A program made the position numbers and the translations under genes. This document shows, piece by piece, positions 56,889 to 64,000 of a DNA stretch of 64,000 nucleotides (position 1 is its first letter; the number at the start of each line of letters is the position of its first letter). Source of the stretch: Planctomycetota bacterium. GTDB taxonomy: Bacteria; Planctomycetota; PLA2; JAEUHO01. The stretch spans positions 64,001-128,000 of the forward strand of contig CBDCWP010000044.1 of NCBI GenBank assembly GCA_965223505.1, written 5' to 3'. Under the pieces are notes generated by a model. The model did no database searches. It was given only the letters and a program-made list of their open reading frames with translations, and had not been told where the DNA came from.

Positions 56889-59800
56889 ATGGCTTCGCAG
56901 CGAGCCCGCGCCGGTCGTTCTGCACACCGCCCGCGGGCGGTGTGGTGGATCCCGGTCTGCTTGCTCGTCTGGTGTGCCGGCAGCCGCGCCGAAGACGAAC
57001 CGCAAGACACGAAGCCGCCGGTCGAGGTCATTCGCCTCGCGAACATCCAAGCGGACCCGGGCGGCGACGCCGAGCGGCTCGCCCGGCAGGCCGTCACGGC
57101 GTTCGGCGAGCAACGCTTCGACGACGCGTATCACGAGCTCGTCGCGCTCGCCGAACAGCACCCGCGCGTGCCCGTCGCGGTCCGGCCCATGGCCCAACCC
57201 TTCGGCGGCGAGGACGACGACGCGCTGCGCTGGCCCGCCAGGCTCGCAGCGAACGTCATGCTCGCGCGCCTGCCCGAGCCCGTGCAGGAGCGCTTGCAGG
57301 CGCGTTGGGGCGCGGCAGCGCGGATCCTGTTCGACCGCGTCCGCCGGAACGATCGCGACGCCCTCCAGACGCTTGCGTACGACTTCGGTGCGCTGAAGGC
57401 AGGCGGCTACGCGCTGCGCCTGCTCGCCGATCACGCGCTCGCCGCCGGTGACTTCGCCGCCGTCGCGAGGCACCTGGAGACCTGGTTCGTGCTGCGGCCC
57501 GCCGCGTCCGTGTCGCAGCGGTTGGCGGTGACCGCGCGGTTGGGTTCGGCCTACATCGCCCTCGACGACGCCGGCGGTCTCAAGCGCCTCGTTCGCGCGC
57601 AGGACGACCTGCTTGGAGAGCGCATCGAGATCGGCGGGACGCCGACGACCTTGAGTCGCTTCCTCGCGCGCAAGCGCAAGCCCGACCTTCGCGCGGAGCA
57701 CGTCGACGCCAAGCTGCCCGACGCGGTCCGGCTCCTCTGGACGCGATCCGTGCGTGACACGCGTTGGCTGCGTCCGCGCGCGCAGCGGCCGTTCGTGCAA
57801 CATCGCCCCGTCGTCGCCGGCGCACTCGCCGAGCCGGACACGCTCGTTCTCCACGAAGGCCGGACGGTTCGCCGCGTCGATCCGGTGACCGGCGCGGAGC
57901 TATGGCGCTACCCGCGGGTTCCGCATCCGAGGCTGCACGCACCGTCGTCGCGGTACTGGCCGCACGATCTGCCCATGCGCGACGTCACCCGCGCGGGCAA
58001 TCTGGTCTTCGTGGCGCTGGGGCACTCGTCCGCCGCCGGCCAATACCCCTTCCTGGCCGAGATGATCGACCCCAACGAGTTCGGGCAGGAGCTGCGCGTT
58101 CGGCTGCTCGCGCTCGACGTCCGCACGGGTGACGTCCGGTGGATGAGCGGAGCGCCCACGGACACGCATCCGATTCTCGGCGACCGCGCGACGGGCTGCG
58201 CGTCGCCGCCGCTGATCGTCGGCGACAAGCTCTACTGCGTGTTCGCGCGCGGCCGCGGCATCGGCGAGTTCTTCCTCGCCTGCCTCGACGCTCGAACCGG
58301 CGAGCCGCACTGGGTCACCGGCATCGCGGGGGGAAGCAGCGGCCGGACGCCGGACACCTCCGAGATCGAGCGCTTCGCCGGGCAATTCCTCGAGGCGTTG
58401 CCGTGGGGGGCGCGGCCTTCACTCGCCGACGACGAAGTCTGCGTGCTCACCCACGCCGGCTTCGCAGCCGGAGTGGGAGCCCGCAAGGGCACGCTTCGTT
58501 GGCTGCGCGCGCTGCCGCGCTACGACCAACGCACGCAAATCGACGCGAGGGCGGGCCACAGCGCGCGCAACGCGCCGCTCGCCTGGGGCGACAGCTGGAT
58601 TCTCGCACCGTTGGACTGTCCGCGGCTGCTGTGCATCGCGCGCGGCACCGGCGCGCTGCGGTGGCACGTCGGTCAACCCTCCGCCGATCAGGCGCCGCCG
58701 TGGCGCGATCTGCTGGGTGTCGGATACGACCCCGCCGGCCGTGCCCTCTTGCGCTTGAACGACGCGCGCCTGACGCGTCTCGATCCGCGCAACGGACAGT
58801 TCCCTCCGATCGAGCTGAGCGGACAGTGGAACTTCGGCATGACCGGACCCCTGGCCGTGCGGCCGTTCGAACAGGACGGACAGATCGTGACGGTACAAAA
58901 CGGACTGCTGCAGGCACTTGCCTGGAGTCCGCGCACGGCCGCGCCGGCGGGTGTCGCACCGGAGCCGGTGACCGTGGAGCTGCCGGACGGATGCCCGCGA
59001 TACGGCGACGTCTATCGCTGCGGCGACATCTGGCTGGTGCTCAACGACGACCGGGTCGCCGCCTTCGCGGACGCGGGGTACGAGCCGGATGCCGGCGGCG
59101 CGGGGACCGGACCGATCGCCAGCGTGCGTGCGGCCCAGCGCTCGCGCCTCGACGACGATCCCGCGGCGTTCGAGAGGGCGCTGACCGCGATCGAGGCGAT
59201 GTCCGACGCCGACGAACGCGCGATCGCGTTCCGCGGCGCCGCCCGCGTGCTCCGTCATTGGCTGTGGCGCCGCACCCTGGACACGGACTCGCTGGGCGAG
59301 CCGGCGGTCCGGCGCCTCGTTCGCACGGCGGCGACGTGGGTCGCACGCTTCCCGTCCGACCTGCGCGGCGAGCTGTACGCGCAGGTGATCGACGCGCTCG
59401 TCGAACATCGTCAAACGTCACGCGCCGTCCGCCTGATCGACGAGTGGATCGCGGACCCGGGCTCGCGCCTGATTCTGCATCCCGACGATGCCGATTTGCG
59501 CTTCGAGCGCGAAGACGGGACGCTGCGACGGTCCGTGCCGCCCGAGCCGGACGACGAAGGCGGCGTCAGGCTGCGCGGCGATCTTCTCGCAGCGTCCTAT
59601 CTGCGCAAGCTCCGCGCCCGGCCCTTCGCGCAACAGTCGCTGACGCTGCGCGACGCGGAACACGCGCTCACCATGGGCAAGGCGCTGGAGGCCGACGAGA
59701 AGACGCTGCGCGAAGCGATTCGTCACGCCGTGGGATCCGAAGCCGCCGCCCGCGGACGGCTCGCGCTCCTGGCCCGCATGGAGCGGGACGCGCGGTGGAC

Positions 59801-61721
59801 CGCGGCGGCGGCCGTCTCGGCCGACCGGCGGCTCGATCCGACGCCCCGTCAGCGCGCGCGGGCGCAGGCATTCCTGCGCGATGCCGCGCGCTGGCAGATG
59901 AAGGAGTCCGGGTGGTGGGCGGATCGCAGCGCGCCCGATCACGCGCGTTCGCTCGCGGCGGACCTGGTGCAGTGGGCGCCCGCAGGTGTGCAGGACGTGC
60001 TGGGTCGCACTCCGGCGCGCTGGCGGCAGCTGCTGCGGGACACCTACGCCGTCGAGCCGGTCCGCAGCGATCCGGCGCCCTTCGACATCGACGCGTGGCG
60101 GGGCCTACCGGATCCCACCAGCCGCGATGCGTTGTCCGGCGTCCGGTTTGCGGGTTTGCACGGACCGGGGATGACGAGCTGGGACGAAGACAACCTCGTC
60201 CTCGTGCGCGGTTTGAGCGTCGAGGTGTGGTCGGCACAGCGCGGCGAGCGGCGAGGCGCGCTGCCGGGGAACGACGAGGGGTGGTTCGGCGGCAGCTTGA
60301 ACGGCGTGCACGCCTGCGTGCCGGGCGGCGGCATTCTCGTCACGAACGTGGTCGCGGCGGAACCGGCGGACAAGTCCGGCGTGCACAGCGGCGACTGGAT
60401 TCGCACGTGGAACGGCGAGCCGGTCGCGGACATGCCCGCGTTCATGCGTCGCGTGTCCGAGACCGCGCCGGGCCGCACGGTCCCGGTCGAGGTCTATCGC
60501 AACGGCAAGCTGATCCTGGAGAAGTTCACGGCCGGTCGCCGTCCCGTCGAGGAGAAGCCGCCGATGGAGTACGGCGAGCTCTGGGTCGCCGAAGACGGCC
60601 GCGTGCTGTTCCCGGGCCGGCGCGGCTTGAGCTGGGTCGATCCGGTCGCGCTGACCCGCGAGCCGGCGTGGACCTGGGACGGCGACGGCGTCGTGCGGCG
60701 CGTGCGGGTCATCGGCGGCGAGGCCTACGTGCACGTCGAGCGTCGCGACTTGGGCGACTTCGTGGTGCGCGTCGACATGGAGCGCGGCGAAGAGCTGTGG
60801 CGGCGTCGCGTGGACGGGCGGGTGCTCGACATGCAGGCCACCGGCAGCGCGTTGTGGGTGCGGGTGACCCGGCCCGCGGCCGGTTGGCTCCTGGATCGTC
60901 ATGACGGCACCGTGCGCGGCGCGTATCGCGCCATTGACATGCGCCGTGACGAGTACCGGCGCACTTGGGTGCCCGGGCACGCGACGGACGCGGCCCCGGC
61001 CGGCCGAGCGTTCGTCGTCGACGGCGACGTCTTCGATCCGATCCTGCACTACATCAACACGACGACGGGCCTCGTCGAACACAGCGAGGAGTGGACCGCG
61101 CCGGAGCCGCAGTTCGACCCGATGGTCTCCGCGGACGCCTTCGTGGCCGTCATTCGCGGCGCCAGCAATTTCCACTTCCACGTGGCCGACCCGCTCGGCC
61201 GCACGCCGCCCGAGAGTCACTCACAGACCGTCGAGAGCACGCTGCTGTTCGTGGACCAGACGAACGGCGGTCGCTTCAGTGCGGATGCGCGAATCCGTGT
61301 GCTCGGCAATCGCGTCTACATCGTGCGCAACACGCCGGCGCACAAGGTCACGGTCTGGATCGCCGAGCTGGACGTCTCGGAGCTTCCGGAGCGTGTCGGC
61401 CGTCCGTCCTCCAGCGCGCCGCAGCGCGCCGGCCAGCCGCTGAAGATCCAGACGCGCGCGATGATGCTCTCCGGCGCCCGCTACTGGCCCTACGTGTTGC
61501 AGATCGACCCGACGTTCGAAGGCGTCTTCGTGACGGCGGCGTTTCTCGGCAACGATCACGACGTCCACGTCAGCTTCATCACGCCGACCATGACGGCGCG
61601 GCCGTTCTTCGACGGCAAAGTGCAGGACGCACGCCGTCACGGTCCGGTGCGATCCGGCAACCGCGTCGTGATTCCGCACGACCGCGGCGCGCGCATCGTC
61701 GGCCTCGCGAAACCCGAGTAG
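56889..61721 (+). CDS. Large exported PQQ-like (BamB-like) beta-propeller protein with PDZ domain
   Basis: Repeated xDxxTGxxxW motifs (VDPVTGAELW, LDVRTGDVRW, LDARTGEPHW); PDZ EPADKSGVHSGDWIRTWNG. Confidence 0.78.
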   Translation: MASQRARAGRSAHRPRAVWWIPVCLLVWCAGSRAEDEPQDTKPPVEVIRLANIQADPGGDAERLARQAVTAFGEQRFDDAYHELVALAEQHPRVPVAVRPMAQPFGGEDDDALRWPARLAANVMLARLPEPVQERLQARWGAAARILFDRVRRNDRDALQTLAYDFGALKAGGYALRLLADHALAAGDFAAVARHLETWFVLRPAASVSQRLAVTARLGSAYIALDDAGGLKRLVRAQDDLLGERIEIGGTPTTLSRFLARKRKPDLRAEHVDAKLPDAVRLLWTRSVRDTRWLRPRAQRPFVQHRPVVAGALAEPDTLVLHEGRTVRRVDPVTGAELWRYPRVPHPRLHAPSSRYWPHDLPMRDVTRAGNLVFVALGHSSAAGQYPFLAEMIDPNEFGQELRVRLLALDVRTGDVRWMSGAPTDTHPILGDRATGCASPPLIVGDKLYCVFARGRGIGEFFLACLDARTGEPHWVTGIAGGSSGRTPDTSEIERFAGQFLEALPWGARPSLADDEVCVLTHAGFAAGVGARKGTLRWLRALPRYDQRTQIDARAGHSARNAPLAWGDSWILAPLDCPRLLCIARGTGALRWHVGQPSADQAPPWRDLLGVGYDPAGRALLRLNDARLTRLDPRNGQFPPIELSGQWNFGMTGPLAVRPFEQDGQIVTVQNGLLQALAWSPRTAAPAGVAPEPVTVELPDGCPRYGDVYRCGDIWLVLNDDRVAAFADAGYEPDAGGAGTGPIASVRAAQRSRLDDDPAAFERALTAIEAMSDADERAIAFRGAARVLRHWLWRRTLDTDSLGEPAVRRLVRTAATWVARFPSDLRGELYAQVIDALVEHRQTSRAVRLIDEWIADPGSRLILHPDDADLRFEREDGTLRRSVPPEPDDEGGVRLRGDLLAASYLRKLRARPFAQQSLTLRDAEHALTMGKALEADEKTLREAIRHAVGSEAAARGRLALLARMERDARWTAAAAVSADRRLDPTPRQRARAQAFLRDAARWQMKESGWWADRSAPDHARSLAADLVQWAPAGVQDVLGRTPARWRQLLRDTYAVEPVRSDPAPFDIDAWRGLPDPTSRDALSGVRFAGLHGPGMTSWDEDNLVLVRGLSVEVWSAQRGERRGALPGNDEGWFGGSLNGVHACVPGGGILVTNVVAAEPADKSGVHSGDWIRTWNGEPVADMPAFMRRVSETAPGRTVPVEVYRNGKLILEKFTAGRRPVEEKPPMEYGELWVAEDGRVLFPGRRGLSWVDPVALTREPAWTWDGDGVVRRVRVIGGEAYVHVERRDLGDFVVRVDMERGEELWRRRVDGRVLDMQATGSALWVRVTRPAAGWLLDRHDGTVRGAYRAIDMRRDEYRRTWVPGHATDAAPAGRAFVVDGDVFDPILHYINTTTGLVEHSEEWTAPEPQFDPMVSADAFVAVIRGASNFHFHVADPLGRTPPESHSQTVESTLLFVDQTNGGRFSADARIRVLGNRVYIVRNTPAHKVTVWIAELDVSELPERVGRPSSSAPQRAGQPLKIQTRAMMLSGARYWPYVLQIDPTFEGVFVTAAFLGNDHDVHVSFITPTMTARPFFDGKVQDARRHGPVRSGNRVVIPHDRGARIVGLAKPE

Positions 61722-61782
61722 CGCTGGGGTCGCGAGCGCGTGCCCGGCGCGACGAGAGGATTGCCGGGCGCAGCCGCAGAGC

Positions 61783-62247
61783 CTAGTTCGCCGCGACGAG
61801 CAGCTCGACGACCTCTTCGGGCGTCGCGTCCCCGATCACCTTCGCGCGCACCTCCTCGAGCTTGAGGCGCTTGGACAGCTGCGCGAGCAGCTCGAGATAC
61901 GGCTGTTGGGCGTCTTGCGGTCCGGCGATCAACACCGCGATGTGCACCGGCTTGGCGTCGATCGAGCCGAATTCGATGCCGGCCTGCTGCCGACCGACCG
62001 CCACCACGAATTCGGAAACGCTCGGGATGCGCGCGTGGGGGATCGCGATGCCGAGGCCGATGCCGGTGCTCAGCAGATTCTCGCGTTCACGGACCGCCGC
62101 GAGCAGCGCGTCGCGGTCGCCCACGCCGTCGGTTGCCGCCACTGCGTCCACGAGCTCAACCAACGCCTGGTCCTTGGTGCGTGCCGTCAAGTTCACCACA
62201 CGCGAAGGATCGAGGTGGTGCTTGAGGTCGACTTTCGCTCGCTCCAT
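61783..62247 (-). CDS. PTS EIIA domain protein (fructose/Ntr type)
   Basis: RERENLLSTGIGLGIAIPHAR and FGSIDAKPVH. Confidence 0.92.
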   Translation of the reverse strand: MERAKVDLKHHLDPSRVVNLTARTKDQALVELVDAVAATDGVGDRDALLAAVRERENLLSTGIGLGIAIPHARIPSVSEFVVAVGRQQAGIEFGSIDAKPVHIAVLIAGPQDAQQPYLELLAQLSKRLKLEEVRAKVIGDATPEEVVELLVAAN

Positions 62248-62298
62248 CGATGCGATCCTCGTTCGCGGCTTCCGGAATCGTTCCGCGCGCCGTGCAAG

Positions 62299-62700
62299 CT
62301 ACCGGTGTTTGCGTCCGCAGGAAACATTGCGTCGAACGATCACGCGGGATCGTCCGTCGTCGAAGAGCACCGTCACGAGATCGACGCGGACGACGCCCGC
62401 TTGGAACCGCGGCAGCCTGCGAAGGTACCGGGCGATCTCCGCGAGGCGCCGGCGTTTGCGACGATCGACCCGCGCGGCAAGTGTCGAAGGCGTGCACCCG
62501 GTTCCGCTCTTCACCTCGACGACCACGCACTGGCCCGCATGGCGTGCCAGCAGATCGACCTCGCCCGCGGGCGTGCGCCACCGGCGCGCGAGGATGCGGT
62601 AGCCCAACCGGCGGAGGTGGCGTTCCGCCAGGCGTTCACCACGCAAACCCAGGCGCGCCGCGGGCGAGCGATTCCGTCTTCGGATCGAGAACCACCGCAA
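62299..62700 (-). CDS. YraN/UPF0102 family endonuclease-like protein
   Basis: GERLAERHL..LGYRIL..RWR...GEVDL...VVVEVK...RVDLV. Confidence 0.88.
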   Translation of the reverse strand: MRWFSIRRRNRSPAARLGLRGERLAERHLRRLGYRILARRWRTPAGEVDLLARHAGQCVVVEVKSGTGCTPSTLAARVDRRKRRRLAEIARYLRRLPRFQAGVVRVDLVTVLFDDGRSRVIVRRNVSCGRKHR

Positions 62701-62749
62701 CGCGACCCCGTCTCGTTTGGGGGCGTCATCGCGCGACGGGGCGAGGGGG

Positions 62750-63202
62750 TTACTCCTCGACGGTCGATTCCACGACCTCCGCCGGCGCCTCGACGGGCTC
62801 CGGCTCGGGGTCCTTCGCCGGGGCCGCGCGCTTCGCGGACGTGGCCGCCGGCGGGCGCTTGCCGAGCACCTCGCGCAGGCGCGTCGCCTTGCCGACGCGG
62901 TCGCGCAGGTAGTAGAGGCGTGCCCGACGCACCTTGCCGTGCCGCGTCACCTTGATGCCGGCGATGATGGGGCTGTGGATCGGGAAGATCCGCTCGACGC
63001 CCTCGCCCTGGACGATGCGGCGCACCGTGAACGTCTTGCCGAGGCCGCCGCCGCGGATGCGAATCACCGTGCCGCTGAAGGTCTGGACGCGCTCTTTGCC
63101 GCCCTCTTTGATCTTGACCGCGACGTCCACGGAGTCGCCGACGGAGATCTCAGGAAGGTCGTCGCGGTAGTAGTCCGTTTCCGCTTGTCGGATGCGGGAC
63201 AT
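62750..63202 (-). CDS. rplS: 50S ribosomal protein L19
   Basis: [31 protein letters not shown] and [12 protein letters not shown]. Confidence 0.97.
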   Translation of the reverse strand: MSRIRQAETDYYRDDLPEISVGDSVDVAVKIKEGGKERVQTFSGTVIRIRGGGLGKTFTVRRIVQGEGVERIFPIHSPIIAGIKVTRHGKVRRARLYYLRDRVGKATRLREVLGKRPPAATSAKRAAPAKDPEPEPVEAPAEVVESTVEE

Positions 63203-63358
63203 GTCTGCCTCCTTGGACGGCGCGGGCGGCGGTTCACGCGCCTTGCGGCCGATTCATCGAGCCAAGCCCCGGATCGTACCGGAGGTTCCCGCGCGGCCTC
63301 ATCTTTCCTCTGCCCCGATTCGTACGCGGTTCGCCCGTCCCGGCTACAACGGGCGGCC

Positions 63359-64000
63359 GTGCACGTCTCGATCGTGACCCTGTTCCCGGAGCTGTTCGAG
63401 CCCTACCTGCGGTCCACGGTGCTGGGGCGCGCCGTGCAGGCCGATCGGATTCGGGTCGATCTCGTGCCCCTGCGGGCGTTCGGCGAGGGCCGTCACAAGA
63501 TCGTCGACGACCGCCCGTTCGGCGGGGGGCCGGGGATGGTGCTGATGGCCGAGCCCGTCATTCGGGCGGTCGAGGCGGCGCGCGAGGCCCACGGTCCCAG
63601 GGCGCGCACTCTGCTGCTCAGCCCCCAGGGCCGCACCTTCGACCAGCCGCTGGCCGAGTCGCTCGCCGAGGCGCCGGACGGCTTCATCCTGCTTTGCGGG
63701 CGCTACGAGGGGATCGACGAACGCGCCATCGAGGTCCTGGCGCCCGAGGAGGTCTCCGTCGGCGACTTCGTACTGTCCGGCGGGGAGGCCGCGGCCCTGG
63801 TCGTGCTCGACGCCACGGCGCGCCTCGTGCCCGGGGTGCTGGGCCACGAGGGCAGCTCCAAGGCGGACTCGTTCTCCGGCGCCGACCGCATCCTCGACCA
63901 TCCGCACTACACGCGCCCGCTCGAGGTGCGCGGCCTCGGCGTCCCCGAGGTCCTGCGAAGCGGCGACCACGGCGCGATCGCGGCGTGGCGCCGGGACCGA
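63359..64000 (+). CDS. trmD: tRNA (guanine37-N1)-methyltransferase, 3' truncated by window
   Basis: Not in ORF track. From GTG 63359: MHVSIVTLFPELF...VDDRPFGGGPGMVL...LLSPQG...LCGRYEGIDER...SVGDFVLSGGE...DHPHYTRP. Confidence 0.95.
   Translation, partial: MHVSIVTLFPELFEPYLRSTVLGRAVQADRIRVDLVPLRAFGEGRHKIVDDRPFGGGPGMVLMAEPVIRAVEAAREAHGPRARTLLLSPQGRTFDQPLAESLAEAPDGFILLCGRYEGIDERAIEVLAPEEVSVGDFVLSGGEAAALVVLDATARLVPGVLGHEGSSKADSFSGADRILDHPHYTRPLEVRGLGVPEVLRSGDHGAIAAWRRDR

Noticed and set aside
63344..63970. 208-aa minus-strand ORF
   Set aside because: Antisense shadow of trmD.

Overview
High-GC bacterial chromosomal window. The taxon is inferred from protein style and gene content only: most likely Planctomycetota or a related PVC lineage. 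Most of the window encodes envelope machinery. (1) A minus-strand cluster holds a secretin-family lipoprotein, two large exported TPR-like proteins, one ExbB/TolQ and three ExbD/TolR subunits with no TonB, a sulfatase-superfamily protein, and, cut off at the left edge, a second lipoprotein whose N-terminus resembles that of the secretin. (2) An IS110-family element of about 1.36 kb has inserted into a GTAG-type REP; its 3' non-coding end carries a candidate bridge/seek RNA with target-matching segments. (3) A GT2 / methyltransferase / AsnB / TMTC-like GT-C gene string suggests protein glycosylation. (4) An FHA-GAF sigma54 activator precedes a type IV filament/T2SS-like operon: 2xFHA membrane protein, PilM(N) fusion, PilO-like, TPR protein, five prepilins and a Zn-finger protein. 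No assembly ATPase or platform gene is in the window. (5) PPIase, scpB and a PpiD/SurA-like protein carrying embedded GspG-like repeats follow. (6) The remaining genes are housekeeping or regulatory: udg, rsmE, yidD, rnpA, PAS kinase with NtrC-type regulator, HtrA, lexA, PTS EIIA, YraN, rplS, and trmD in divergent orientation. At least eight genes look leaderless, with TAnnnT 6-9 nt before the start codon. No rRNA, tRNA or CRISPR array was seen. All family calls come from motifs read by eye; no searches were run.
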